DNA of 64,000 bases from Bacteroidota bacterium (GCA_030682385.1 JAUXOG010000075.1:1825-65824); one strand, 5' to 3'. Counted from the stretch's first letter, positions 39,756-50,047 are shown. Made by a program: numbers and translations. Notes: a model not told the origin generated them from the sequence alone.

Positions 39756-40022
39756 TTAAGGGAAATATCTATAAATTTCTTTTCTATGAAGTATTCTTAT
39801 CATAATCACATGCTTGTTTGTTACAATAATTCCAATTCTATAATCTCCCAACCTTATACGATAGTAGTTCTTGTAGCCTTTTAACTTTTTGATATTTGAA
39901 ATATCTTCTATGCTTCTGGTTTTTTTGATCTGCTCAATCAAAAAGATAATTTTTGTAAAAAGCTTCGTTTCTTTAATCTTTAATAAATCCTTTTTGAAGC
40001 TATCTCTGTATTCAATAATCAT
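39756..40022 (-). CDS. RelE/ParE-family type II toxin
   Basis: 88 aa. Segment ...YRIRLGDYRIGIIVTNKHVIMIRILHRKEIY is typical of RelE/ParE. Confidence 0.65.
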   Translation of the reverse strand: MIIEYRDSFKKDLLKIKETKLFTKIIFLIEQIKKTRSIEDISNIKKLKGYKNYYRIRLGDYRIGIIVTNKHVIMIRILHRKEIYRYFP

Positions 40023-40264
40023 TCAACTTTTAAGATTTTATATATTTCTTTCTGAGAGATTTTTTTTGATTTATTTCCTTCATCTATAGCTTTTCCGATT
40101 CCATAATCTTCCATCGCTTCTGCGACAACACCATGGATAAACGCTTTTTCCTCTTGTATAGCTTCTTTTATAGCCGATTTTAATATTTGCTTCAGCTTTT
40201 TTTCTTGGATTTCCATTTTCGTCCATTTAAGTTTTGATTTTATTGTTTGTGGATTACAATTCAA
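40019..40264 (-). CDS. Putative antitoxin of the RelE/ParE pair. Likely start MEIQEKK at about 40216.
   Basis: Small ORF overlapping the toxin start by 4 nt. Lys/Glu-rich helical. Confidence 0.45.
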   Translation of the reverse strand: MNCNPQTIKSKLKWTKMEIQEKKLKQILKSAIKEAIQEEKAFIHGVVAEAMEDYGIGKAIDEGNKSKKISQKEIYKILKVE

Positions 40265-40270
40265 TATAGT

Positions 40271-40813
40271 TTATAATGATTTATTTATCAAATACCATTT
40301 CCGGTGAGCCGTAGCTTCGATATATTTTGAAAAAGCATCCGGTTTTCCATGCGGCGCAATTTCGAACAATATGTTTAGCGTATCTTTACCTCGTTTCGTA
40401 TATGTGAGTCGAAAGCGTGGTGAAGCAGGCGATAGATCGCTCAGAAAAATTACCGAGTTTGTTTCAGTTGAGTAATTGATAACATGTCCCTCGTTATCCC
40501 AGTATGTAGCCCGTGTCGAATTGTCTTTGTTCTTGTAAATCACCATCAGGTCGTCGTGGCGGAATGCAGGCCTGTCTGTGGTAGCAGGATATTGAGCGTA
40601 ATTTTTTCTGATAAGGATAGTTTTCTGCAAGTCGAGGTAAAATGAGAAACCGCCAACACCCTTGCCTGGGTCGCCACCACCTTCACCTATCCATTCGCCC
40701 AACAAGAAATTCCAAGAATCCCAGTTAGGATTATTTTTCGTTTGCTGTGCGGATAGTACAGAGGTTAATATGAATAAAGCCAATAGAGGTAAAATAAATA
40801 TTTTAATTTTCAT
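40271..40813 (-). CDS. Secreted hypothetical protein
   Basis: Signal peptide only. Confidence 0.4.
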   Translation of the reverse strand: MKIKIFILPLLALFILTSVLSAQQTKNNPNWDSWNFLLGEWIGEGGGDPGKGVGGFSFYLDLQKTILIRKNYAQYPATTDRPAFRHDDLMVIYKNKDNSTRATYWDNEGHVINYSTETNSVIFLSDLSPASPRFRLTYTKRGKDTLNILFEIAPHGKPDAFSKYIEATAHRKWYLINKSL

Positions 40814-40822
40814 AGTTTAATC

Positions 40823-41425
40823 TTATTTAAACGAACGTTTTATAGCTATTGCTGTTTTCAAATATTTTTGAAGATACTCATCTCTGGAAATTTCAACAAC
40901 GCCAAAATTTTTCAGATGCGGTGTAGTATATTGTGTGTCTAAAAGTTTGAAACCTCGTTCTTTTAATATTTCAACTAATGCAACCAGTGCAACCTTAGAT
41001 GCATCCTTCATTAAACTGAACATCGATTCACCGAAGAAGGCGCCGCCGAGCGCGATACCGTAAAGCCCTCCGACGAGTTTCTTGTTGTGCCAGCTTTCGA
41101 TGCTATGAGCATAGCCAAGTCGATAAAGTTCAATGTAGCTCTGAACTATTTCATCTGATATCCATGTTTCATCTCTTTTAGCACAATTTCTAATTACATC
41201 TTCAAACGAGTGGTCAATTCGTATCTCGAAAATATTTTTCTTGATCGTCTGCATCAAGCTTCTGGAAATTTTGAAAGCATCGAGAGGAATAATTGCACGC
41301 GGGTCGGGTGAGTACCAATGGATTTCTCCATCTCGCGAATCAGCCATAGGAAAGTAACCGGCTGAGTATGCGGTAAGCAACAATTCTGATGGGATAGTAT
41401 TCTGTTTTAGCTTTTTTGTTATCAC
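40823..41425 (-). CDS. aat: Leucyl/phenylalanyl-tRNA--protein transferase
   Basis: Segment LLLTAYSAGYFPMADSRDGEIHWYSPDPRAIIPLD. Confidence 0.8.
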   Translation of the reverse strand: MITKKLKQNTIPSELLLTAYSAGYFPMADSRDGEIHWYSPDPRAIIPLDAFKISRSLMQTIKKNIFEIRIDHSFEDVIRNCAKRDETWISDEIVQSYIELYRLGYAHSIESWHNKKLVGGLYGIALGGAFFGESMFSLMKDASKVALVALVEILKERGFKLLDTQYTTPHLKNFGVVEISRDEYLQKYLKTAIAIKRSFK

Positions 41426-41429
41426 ACTT

Positions 41430-41690
41430 CTATTTCAGAGGTTCAATCTTATCCAATTTTTGATATTGTGTTGCCTGATGCCAAACCTTAGAAATTTCAA
41501 GTCTATGAATGATCGCCCATTCTGTTACCAAACCAAAGGCACGCGGTGGTAAGTAACCCGATAATATTCCCAGGTCCTCAATTAAAAATAGGGCTTCATA
41601 TTCACCGTATACTGCATGGAAATGCGGTGGTTGATGATCATTATAATAAATATAAATTATTATCCCAAAGAATCTGGAAATTTCAGGCAT
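41430..41690 (-). CDS. DUF4160-family protein (intact copy)
   Basis: Segment MPEISRFFGIIIYIYYNDHQPPHFHAVYGEYEALFLIE. Confidence 0.65.
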   Translation of the reverse strand: MPEISRFFGIIIYIYYNDHQPPHFHAVYGEYEALFLIEDLGILSGYLPPRAFGLVTEWAIIHRLEISKVWHQATQYQKLDKIEPLK

Positions 41691-41701
41691 AATATTTTTG
41701 T

Positions 41702-41980
41702 TTAAATGTGTTCAACCTGTTTGTTTAAAATGGACATAGGATCGAGATTTAAGATTTTTGCGTATAGTGTATCAGGGCATAGGTCTATCTCGTCTTTCCA
41801 TACCAAGGTATGGCTTTGAGAATCTATGCTGAAGGAGTTAAACTCTTTGGGATCTTTCCAAAGCGAGAAAACGCCTTTACCCACTAAATCCGAAAGATCA
41901 ACTATTCCTTCGACTCCGTCAGAAAATTTTATCCATATTTTGTAATTTTCCAGCGGCTTTGCTTCAATAATTTTGTGCAT
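41702..41980 (-). CDS. DUF2442-family protein
   Basis: Segment ...LVWKDEIDLCPDTLY. Confidence 0.65.
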   Translation of the reverse strand: MHKIIEAKPLENYKIWIKFSDGVEGIVDLSDLVGKGVFSLWKDPKEFNSFSIDSQSHTLVWKDEIDLCPDTLYAKILNLDPMSILNKQVEHI

Positions 41981-42005
41981 GATAGTTATCTCTTAAAATT
42001 AAAAA

Positions 42006-43091
42006 TTAATCACCAAACGAAGTCCCAACGGAGCGGGCTGCAATAATCAATTGAGCATCGCGTGAAACCAAACGGAGTTTTCCGATAGCATCAATAATGG
42101 GAACAGGAACAACATCACGTCGTTGCAGACTAACCATAACTCCAAACTGTCCATTAGAAGCTGTATGCAAAGCGGTTGTGCCAAAACGAGTTCCGAGAAT
42201 CCTGTCGTAAGGTGTAGGACTTCCGCCTCGTTGAACGTGCCCTAATACTGTTACACGTGTTTCGAGTCCTGTTTCTTCACTGATTTTTTGTCCAACCAAT
42301 TCACCAACACCGCCTAAGCGCACAGGGTCGGTTCGTTTTTTATCCATCTCTTTTACAACAATTTCACCGTCGGCAGGTTTCGCACCTTCGGCAACACAAA
42401 TGATGCTGAACTTTGCACCTTTGCTTCGCTGTAAAACCGCTTTATAAATTTTTTCCCAATGAAAAGGAATTTCTGGTATTAAAATAATATCAGCGCCACC
42501 GGCAACACCGGCGCCGAGTGCAATCCAGCCGGCATATCTTCCCATTGTTTCTACAACCATAACCCGATGATGCGATGAAGCGGTAGTCTGCAAACGATCG
42601 ACTGCTTCGGTGGCAACAGCGCGTGCGGAATCGTGACCGAAAGTAATATCGGTTGCATCTAAATCGTTATCAATAGTTTTTGGAATACCGATAATATTCA
42701 TTCCCATCTGACTGAATTTGTGGGAGATGTGCATAGTCCCATCGCCGCCGATAGCGAACAAAACATCAAGTTTCCAGTTCCGGTAGTTTTCGAGGGCTTG
42801 CTCGGAGGCATCAATAGTTCGAATACCGGTTGGTCCTTCGATAGGGTAATGGAACGGGTCGCCTTTGTTCGATGTGCCTAAAATTGTCCCGCCTACATTC
42901 AGTATTCCTGTAACATCTGCCGGAGTTAGTTCACGCATTCTGCCTTCAACGAGTCCTTCAAATCCATCGAGGACACCAACTACTTTTACATTGAAGAAAT
43001 TCATAGCTGGTTTGGCAATGCTTCGTATAACTGCATTTAATCCCGGGCAATCGCCGCCGCCTGTTAATATTCCTATTCGTTTGAGTTGCAT
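42006..43091 (-). CDS. pfkA: 6-phosphofructokinase
   Basis: Segments IGILTGGGDCPGLNAVIRSI and ...GGDGT... ...MGR... Confidence 0.85.
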   Translation of the reverse strand: MQLKRIGILTGGGDCPGLNAVIRSIAKPAMNFFNVKVVGVLDGFEGLVEGRMRELTPADVTGILNVGGTILGTSNKGDPFHYPIEGPTGIRTIDASEQALENYRNWKLDVLFAIGGDGTMHISHKFSQMGMNIIGIPKTIDNDLDATDITFGHDSARAVATEAVDRLQTTASSHHRVMVVETMGRYAGWIALGAGVAGGADIILIPEIPFHWEKIYKAVLQRSKGAKFSIICVAEGAKPADGEIVVKEMDKKRTDPVRLGGVGELVGQKISEETGLETRVTVLGHVQRGGSPTPYDRILGTRFGTTALHTASNGQFGVMVSLQRRDVVPVPIIDAIGKLRLVSRDAQLIIAARSVGTSFGD

Positions 43092-43111
43092 ATTATCCTA
43101 TGTTGTTATTG

Positions 43112-44326
43112 TTAATAGCGCCAAAGTGCGCCAATGCCTTGTTTATTAAAAATATCTGATACTTTGTCGGATACTATATTTAATGGTGTTTTATATTTGC
43201 GCAATAGTGGTGGAATTAAAGTTTTCATTGATCCTACACGCAAATTTTTCGAGATACAATGCAAGCATTCTTTTGCATCTTTCGTCATCACATAACCGCA
43301 GTCGTTGCATTCTACTAAAATTTTATCCGAACCGTTTGTTATTGCAACGGTATTTGAACGTCCTTCTTGAATCAATTTAAGAACTTTTTTAATTCCTAAA
43401 CTTGCAGATGTATTTGTTGCCGATCTTTCTATAATTTTATCGATTAATTTTTGTTCCTTTGTACGTTCAAAGTTTTGAAAAATTTGCTGAGCCGCCGAAA
43501 TAATTTCTTTGATGGAAGATTCGCGGGCTAACGGAATTTTGCCAATAACGGTAACCTCGTTCGTATTGAGGCATTTTTGAAACAAATCGGTTTGCGAATC
43601 TAATCCGGTTAAAACAATCTCGTTTACGTGAAACTGCTTTTTCATCGCTTCGATGGATGAAGTGCAGTGTTTCCAGAATTTTTGTACTTCTTCCGATATG
43701 TGGCGTTCTACAATTTCTTTAGTATCACCGCCACGCAAACCGGGGATAGCTTTTTCGCGCATAATATTTTCCGGCGGCAGGTGTTTACTCTGCCATGCGA
43801 GTGTATCCGACGAGATAGTTTCTTCCCATTCTTTAATTACTTCATTTAAACCAATTATGTAGTAGTGAATTTTTTCCGATGCTATTTTGATGATGCCGTA
43901 ATTCCGGTACTCTTCTAATATCCAATCAAGTTGTCCAATGCTTGGTTTGCCCCACCACACTTCGTTGGTTACCTTAATTTGTGGATGAGCCGCTTCGAAA
44001 AAACCAGTTCCCGAAAAAAGAATAAGCGATTTACCATCCGAGATGCGGTATTCTGCTTCCTCTAAAATATTTGAATGAATTTTTTCAAAATCTTTTAGAT
44101 GACTTTGAGGTAAATCGTTTCGTATAGATTTTAATGAATCTTTTAACCATATCTGTGCTGCCGCTCTATTCCTTCCTATAACTGTCGGATCAGTCTCAAG
44201 ATAAACACTCATAACTTGATCTGAATCTACCGACATCATTTTATCAAACAGGGATCGTAATTTTAACATAGTTAAATCTCCTCGCTTAATTGTTTGTTGT
44301 TTTTCATCTTTTACTTTTTCTTCCAT
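43112..44326 (-). CDS. Hypothetical protein with C-terminal Zn-ribbon (CNDCGY...CLHC). Possible eRF1/Pelota-like fold (speculative).
   Basis: 404 aa. It overlaps the upstream MTase gene by 16 nt. Confidence 0.3.
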   Translation of the reverse strand: MEEKVKDEKQQTIKRGDLTMLKLRSLFDKMMSVDSDQVMSVYLETDPTVIGRNRAAAQIWLKDSLKSIRNDLPQSHLKDFEKIHSNILEEAEYRISDGKSLILFSGTGFFEAAHPQIKVTNEVWWGKPSIGQLDWILEEYRNYGIIKIASEKIHYYIIGLNEVIKEWEETISSDTLAWQSKHLPPENIMREKAIPGLRGGDTKEIVERHISEEVQKFWKHCTSSIEAMKKQFHVNEIVLTGLDSQTDLFQKCLNTNEVTVIGKIPLARESSIKEIISAAQQIFQNFERTKEQKLIDKIIERSATNTSASLGIKKVLKLIQEGRSNTVAITNGSDKILVECNDCGYVMTKDAKECLHCISKNLRVGSMKTLIPPLLRKYKTPLNIVSDKVSDIFNKQGIGALWRY

Positions 44327-44925
44327 AGCATCAGCATTTCTTTGCCGAGCCTGGGTTTTACAGAAGTTTTTGGAATTTCAGAATAAATTAGTTTAAATGT
44401 TTTAGATAAATGTGATTGAATTTCTTTAATATCGACAGCAAATGGTGGACCGCCGTCGCGATTATCAATAGGAAAAAAAAGCCCGATAAATATTCCACCG
44501 GGTTTGAGCATGCGTTGGACATTATCGAGAAATTCTATCCGTCGTTCAGTGTCGATGGCGCAGTAGGTTACATACTCTAATACATAATCGAACTTGTGTA
44601 ATAATTTACCGGGTAATTCAAAAACATTCGCTTCGATTGTTTCGACATGTATCTTTGCTTTTTTTGCGAGCCTTCGGGTTTCCCGTATCGCACTCGCCGA
44701 AAAATCAATGGCAGTTACAAGATAATTTTGTTTTGCAAACAGTATTGCATCATGCCCTCTGCCGCAACCGATTACTACAATTTTCCCTGAATTTTCTAAT
44801 TTGCCAGATTTGAGCAATGCTTCAAATACCGGTGTTGGTGTGCCTAAATCCCAATCGTCGGTTCTATGTTTATAGCGATGTTCCCAATATTCAGGACTGC
44901 TAACGTCAGTAATTATTTTATTCAT
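44311..44925 (-). CDS. Class I SAM-dependent methyltransferase (TPMT-like)
   Basis: Motif I VVIGCGRGHDAILFAKQNYLVTAIDFS. Confidence 0.7.
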   Translation of the reverse strand: MNKIITDVSSPEYWEHRYKHRTDDWDLGTPTPVFEALLKSGKLENSGKIVVIGCGRGHDAILFAKQNYLVTAIDFSASAIRETRRLAKKAKIHVETIEANVFELPGKLLHKFDYVLEYVTYCAIDTERRIEFLDNVQRMLKPGGIFIGLFFPIDNRDGGPPFAVDIKEIQSHLSKTFKLIYSEIPKTSVKPRLGKEMLMLWKKK

Positions 44926-47900
44926 TAATAGGGTTTTTGTTCTGTTTCCTACAAATCATATCAAAACTGCAATACTCGCAAGCTTTCGGCATCTTCTCTT
45001 GCGTAGTAATTGGAAATTCACCTTTTGCGATCGAGCCAACATATTCGTTCACATACGTTATTGATTTTCCGATTATCCTGCGAAGCTCAGTTTCGTTATC
45101 TAATACAGATGCTTGTTTCCGTGTATGTATGAATGCTTTATTTTTTAACTCTGAATTTGCGAGAGCAATTTTTTCTGTTACAGGAATTTTCAAGCTGTAA
45201 TAAGTAGCTGCCGCCGGTTTCAATTGTTTATTTTGTTCAGATAAAATTTTTTCTACTGCAAATAAATAAATTGGCAACTGTAAAGCAAGTCCCGACTCGA
45301 TGTCGGCAAAATCATCGAACTTGCTTCCGGTTTTGTAATCTACAACTGAGAAGAATTCGTTGCCAACTTCAACCCGGTCGATTTTACCCCGAACCTTAAT
45401 ATTACCCACCAATACAGGTTCTTTTTTGGATAATTCAGGGTCGGTAAGTTTTGCGCTGCCCACCCGGCTGCCAAATGCTACTTCAAAATAAGCGGGCACA
45501 ACATCGAGTTTCCGGTCTCTTTCTGCGTCAAGAAATTCTTGAATAATGCCTTTCCGGCTGCCTCGTCCTAAAATCAATTCCTTTTCCAAAAAGTATAACA
45601 GGTCGGACGATTCGAGCGAGTCTAATTTTGTCCGTGTTAAATCTATCAGGTTATTTACAGCTTCGGCGAATTGTTCTTCGTTGCATTCAAAAAGAGGGGG
45701 TAGGTTCATTTCACGCCGTCCAACATAAAATTGGAATAAAACTTCGTGCAAAATGCTTCCTTTTTCGATCGGAGTAATTCCTTCTTCCAATTCTTCTAAT
45801 ACATTGAGTCGTAAAATATTATCGGCAAAATATTTAAACGGACATTTAGCATACTTTTCGAGTTGAGTAATCGAGTAAGTTTTATCGAGTGTTTTTTCTA
45901 AAGATTTCCGCGACGAATCGGATAAAGCGTCGTAAATTTTTCCGTTGTATTCTAACATGTGGTCGGACATTGATCTGCTATTTTCGATTTCGATTGCTTT
46001 AAAAATAAACTCGATATGCCGAAGCATCCTTTCATCTAACAACTGATTGTTTTTGTATGCCGGATTGATTCCTTTATTACTGCCGATTCGTTGTAGTAGT
46101 TCTTCTTCCGTGTAAACTGCATCAGTCATTTTCTCGGGCAAAGCCTTCTGCCAATCCCGACAGTCAAGAATTTTCAATAATGAATTTACAAAAGGCGATC
46201 GGACTAATTCATTATCACCGTCTTTTTTGGGATATGTGATGAAAAGATTTTCAGAAAAATTGGTTATGCATTGGTACAATAAATATCGCTTTTCGGTGAG
46301 ATGATATAGTTCTTTTTTCTTCTGCCGGCTGTTGCTGTGAAATATTTCGGGTGAATATGGGGGAGGAAATTCACCGTCGACCAATCCGATCGCAAACATT
46401 ATGTCAAATTCTAATCCTCGTGTTTCTTCAAACGATGTTATATAAATTCCGTAACCGTATTTTTGGCGGATGTTATAACGCGTTTGTGATACCGCCGCCT
46501 TTAATTGCTCGATATAAAATTTTAAGTGTTGTGGCTCTTTTTCTTTCGCCCGAAAAGTCAATAAATCTATTAAGTCATCCAATAATTGTAAAAACTTTTG
46601 ATATGCCCGCGTATCTTTTTCGAGCAGTTCAAAATTACCAGTCGGAAACTTTAAAATATTTTCAGGTACTCGGAGCCGATTTAGAAGTTCTACTAGAGCG
46701 TTGCGGAATTCAAAGGGAGTTAATTGGGTCTCGAAAAGGTGTAAAAAATTTTCAAGAAGCAAAATATCGTTCAGTGCTTTTTGCAAACTATCGATTTCGT
46801 TTTTCAAATGATGAATTTCAATTTCATCATCCTTTGTATTCAAATCCCTTTGAATTTGATTTATCCGGTTGGTGATGCGCGTTTTCCAAAAGTTCTTGCC
46901 TGCGGTAATTTTCAAAGCAACCGAAACTGCATAAAGGTTCCCGCCATCAATTGTCGTTTGTCCGTCCGTGAAAGTAAAAAACGAACTTGATAACGTCCGC
47001 ATAATATCGCGCTGACGAAAGTTGTTTTGGCAAATGTTTAAAAGCGAAATAATCGAAACAGCAACGGCTGATTGGTCGAGGGCGAAACGATCTGTAATAT
47101 TTACAGGAATGCCGTATCGGGGGAAAATCTCGTGAAATAACTTTGTATAAATTTGCGGTTGATACATCGCAACGCAAATTTTACTCAAATCGTGTTCGGG
47201 TTCGTTATGCAATATGTTTTTAATTACTTTTGCGATAGCTTCTACTTCTTCTTCACGGTTGCGCGAGGAGATTAATGTAACCTTTTCGGATAAATCAAAT
47301 TTTAATATCGAGTCGTCAGAACGAAATAGGTTTTGCGTAACGTGTTGTTTGAACGATGGTTTTGATTCCGGCTGGTCGGAATGGTACTTAAAGCCGATTC
47401 TTAAAAATTTATCGAAGTTTTCTTTCAAGTGTCCGAACAATTCATCGTTGTTCAAATAATAGTCGAACGAAATCACCATCCCCAAGTCATTTTTATGCTT
47501 GTTTACTTTGAACTTCGAAACAGCATCTAACATAGTAATTTCAGGGTCGGAAAATTCATCAAATCCCGATACAAGAATTAACTCTGCCTTCTGAAATCTA
47601 TTCCAAAAATTATCGAGCGGGGGTAAATCTGTAATGGTATTATTTAATTCCTTGAAGATACCGCCAACGTCAATAAATTGTTCGCCTAAAAGGGATTCAT
47701 ATTCTTCGTAAATGATGAGTAAATCTTTAAGTTTTAGTTTCTCATCGCTCTGTGCCGATTCTAATTCTTCATAAAGCGAGGTCGGATAAATACCCGCTTC
47801 CTTCAAAGAATTAATTACGTTGATAATTTTTTCGAATGTTCCTTTGGGAATTGAATATTTAATTCCTTGCGGCAGAAAATATAGAAGTTCATTTGCTTTA

Positions 47901-48193
47901 TTACGGATTGCATTTTCGAAGATTACTGCTTGTGTTGTAGCAGTTAAAAACTTTTTCGGCGAACAAAATACAGTGTGGAGTTCGGCAGCAAAATTTTCTA
48001 AAGTAAAAATATTAAAAGCGGAGGCAGTGCTGTTGGGAGCGAGTTTAAGAAATTCGCGCTGAAGTTCTCGTACTTTACGCCGTGTGGGTACGATAAATAT
48101 AAAAGTATCTGCTTTATTATGAGCGATACGCTGCTTAATTTCAGCTTGAATATCAGATACTAATGAGAAGTTTTTATATAGAATAACCGGCAT
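44918..48193 (-). CDS. AddB-like PD-(D/E)XK helicase-nuclease family protein with C-terminal Fe-S Cys cluster
   Basis: RecB nuclease motif VVDYKTGSK. Terminal cluster CEYCSFDMICRK. Degenerate N-terminal helicase-like region. No AddA-like gene is adjacent. Confidence 0.65.
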   Translation of the reverse strand: MPVILYKNFSLVSDIQAEIKQRIAHNKADTFIFIVPTRRKVRELQREFLKLAPNSTASAFNIFTLENFAAELHTVFCSPKKFLTATTQAVIFENAIRNKANELLYFLPQGIKYSIPKGTFEKIINVINSLKEAGIYPTSLYEELESAQSDEKLKLKDLLIIYEEYESLLGEQFIDVGGIFKELNNTITDLPPLDNFWNRFQKAELILVSGFDEFSDPEITMLDAVSKFKVNKHKNDLGMVISFDYYLNNDELFGHLKENFDKFLRIGFKYHSDQPESKPSFKQHVTQNLFRSDDSILKFDLSEKVTLISSRNREEEVEAIAKVIKNILHNEPEHDLSKICVAMYQPQIYTKLFHEIFPRYGIPVNITDRFALDQSAVAVSIISLLNICQNNFRQRDIMRTLSSSFFTFTDGQTTIDGGNLYAVSVALKITAGKNFWKTRITNRINQIQRDLNTKDDEIEIHHLKNEIDSLQKALNDILLLENFLHLFETQLTPFEFRNALVELLNRLRVPENILKFPTGNFELLEKDTRAYQKFLQLLDDLIDLLTFRAKEKEPQHLKFYIEQLKAAVSQTRYNIRQKYGYGIYITSFEETRGLEFDIMFAIGLVDGEFPPPYSPEIFHSNSRQKKKELYHLTEKRYLLYQCITNFSENLFITYPKKDGDNELVRSPFVNSLLKILDCRDWQKALPEKMTDAVYTEEELLQRIGSNKGINPAYKNNQLLDERMLRHIEFIFKAIEIENSRSMSDHMLEYNGKIYDALSDSSRKSLEKTLDKTYSITQLEKYAKCPFKYFADNILRLNVLEELEEGITPIEKGSILHEVLFQFYVGRREMNLPPLFECNEEQFAEAVNNLIDLTRTKLDSLESSDLLYFLEKELILGRGSRKGIIQEFLDAERDRKLDVVPAYFEVAFGSRVGSAKLTDPELSKKEPVLVGNIKVRGKIDRVEVGNEFFSVVDYKTGSKFDDFADIESGLALQLPIYLFAVEKILSEQNKQLKPAAATYYSLKIPVTEKIALANSELKNKAFIHTRKQASVLDNETELRRIIGKSITYVNEYVGSIAKGEFPITTQEKMPKACEYCSFDMICRKQNKNPINE

Positions 48194-48229
48194 TGATAGT
48201 TTTTTCCGTAGTTAACCGGGTGAATAAAG

Positions 48230-48418
48230 TTATCTGAATCGTGCAGGAACGTATTTTTCGTATAGTTCGATCAGTTTTTTCTTTGATAATGAATCTAAGT
48301 CTTCGTCGTCGTAGTCGCGCTTCCGGAACATATCGAACTCATCAACTTCGTACCGATTCATTTTTTTGTAATAATCTTTGAGTGCTTCAATAATTTTATG
48401 CTGCTCTACTTTTGTCAT
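48230..48418 (-). CDS. Small hypothetical protein
   Basis: ORF track only. Confidence 0.25.
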   Translation of the reverse strand: MTKVEQHKIIEALKDYYKKMNRYEVDEFDMFRKRDYDDEDLDSLSKKKLIELYEKYVPARFR

Positions 48419-48427
48419 TCAGAATTT

Positions 48428-48886
48428 TTATTTTGATTTTAGTGTATCTTTTTCGATGTATTTTTTCAACAAGTATAACGATTCTTCCCAACTGTTGAAA
48501 ACTGCGTTGAAATTTTTTTCCCAAGTTGCACCGGAACCCGTTCCATATAGTTTGAAGGAAATATTGGTTTCCGATTTTTTCTTTTCAAATGTTAAAGTGA
48601 AGTCGATAGGTCCGATAGTTTTTTTGTTGGCAAAGAAATAATTCATTCCTGCAATTTTCAACATTTTGTTAAGATCGAAGTCTTTAATTTTGCCGCAACA
48701 GCTGTAAAAATCCCCGTCAGATTCAGTGTGCCATCCAATAGAGTAAGGTCCATCGATGCAAAGAGCTACGACAGCGCTGTGTGCATGAAGCCATGCAGTC
48801 AAACGGTTAGGGTCGATAAATGATTGGAATAATAATTTAGGAGTGCTATTAATTGTTACCGACTTATGTAATAGTTTCTTTTTCAT
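48428..48886 (-). CDS. SRPBCC/AHSA1-domain protein
   Basis: Segment KSVTINSTPKLLFQSFIDPNRLTAW. Confidence 0.55.
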   Translation of the reverse strand: MKKKLLHKSVTINSTPKLLFQSFIDPNRLTAWLHAHSAVVALCIDGPYSIGWHTESDGDFYSCCGKIKDFDLNKMLKIAGMNYFFANKKTIGPIDFTLTFEKKKSETNISFKLYGTGSGATWEKNFNAVFNSWEESLYLLKKYIEKDTLKSK

Positions 48887-49406
48887 TAATTACCTCGCTT
48901 TGAAATAAATTTCTTACTAAAGTCCTATTTGAATGAAATGAATTTTTAATTAAGAACAGATACCAAATAATTTGTAACGGTATTTGTAAAATACATTCCA
49001 AAATTCCACCCATCAGGAACAAATTACTTTGTGGAACTACTGAAATATAAACTAATCCAAATTTATAAGCAAGCAAATTTGATAGCGAAAAACCCATTCC
49101 ACCGCCGATAAACCAAAAAGGAATTCGTGTTAAAAAAGCCTTAAATGAGAAGGGATTTGCAATCATTTGATAGATTGTAGCATACCATAATCTTTCCACA
49201 GCCCAGCCAAAGTAAAATAAACTGCTCGAAATTAAGAATATCCCAAGAATATATTGTAAGTCAATTATTTTCTTAAATAGAAACGAGACAGCCACAACAA
49301 GTAATGCTAAACCTAAACTATAAACAAAATTAATTAATGTTCCCCAGAATGGTTTTTGGAACCGGCTTTGTAATAAATATTTTTCGAGTATTCTGGATTG
49401 TATCAT
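48864..49406 (-). CDS. Hypothetical membrane protein
   Basis: Multiple hydrophobic helices. Confidence 0.35.
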   Translation of the reverse strand: MIQSRILEKYLLQSRFQKPFWGTLINFVYSLGLALLVVAVSFLFKKIIDLQYILGIFLISSSLFYFGWAVERLWYATIYQMIANPFSFKAFLTRIPFWFIGGGMGFSLSNLLAYKFGLVYISVVPQSNLFLMGGILECILQIPLQIIWYLFLIKNSFHSNRTLVRNLFQSEVINEKETIT

Positions 49407-49417
49407 AAATTGTAAAA

Positions 49418-50047
49418 TTATCCTTTTTCAACTGCCAAAATATGGCTAACGTCGCCCGCTCCTTCGCGAACTAAAATTGGAGGTTCGGTTGTGAAATCAA
49501 GAACGGTCGAAGGTCCTGAAATATTAATACCCCCATCCAATATTAAATCAACTTTTTTGCTAAATAATTTTATAATAATTTCTGGATTGTTAATAACCTC
49601 ACCCGTGCCGTCTGTTACGCTGGCACTTAAAATAGGATGACCTAATTCTTTTACAAGCAATTGTGAGACAGCATTATTCGGGACACGAATTCCAACAGTC
49701 TTCCGTTTTGAAATTAAACTTTTCGGCAGTTGTTTTAAACGGCTGGCTGGCAGGATGAATGTAAACGGACCGGGAATTAATTGTTTCATAATTCTATATG
49801 CTTGATTTGATACAAGTGCATATTCGCTGATGTGGCTTAAATCCGAACATACAAAACTGAATGGTTTTGATTTGTTTTGATTTTTTATCTGGTAAATTCT
49901 CTCGATTGCTTTTTTACTGAACACACTACACCCGATTCCATACACTGTATCGGTCGGATATATTATCACCCCATCGTTTTGTAAAATTTCTACCGCACGT
50001 TTGATATGACGCCCCTGTGGTGTTACAGTATGTACTTTCAATTCCAT
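49418..50047 (-). CDS. tsaC: L-threonylcarbamoyladenylate synthase (YrdC/Sua5)
   Basis: Segment VIIYPTDTVYGIGC. Confidence 0.8.
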   Translation of the reverse strand: MELKVHTVTPQGRHIKRAVEILQNDGVIIYPTDTVYGIGCSVFSKKAIERIYQIKNQNKSKPFSFVCSDLSHISEYALVSNQAYRIMKQLIPGPFTFILPASRLKQLPKSLISKRKTVGIRVPNNAVSQLLVKELGHPILSASVTDGTGEVINNPEIIIKLFSKKVDLILDGGINISGPSTVLDFTTEPPILVREGAGDVSHILAVEKG

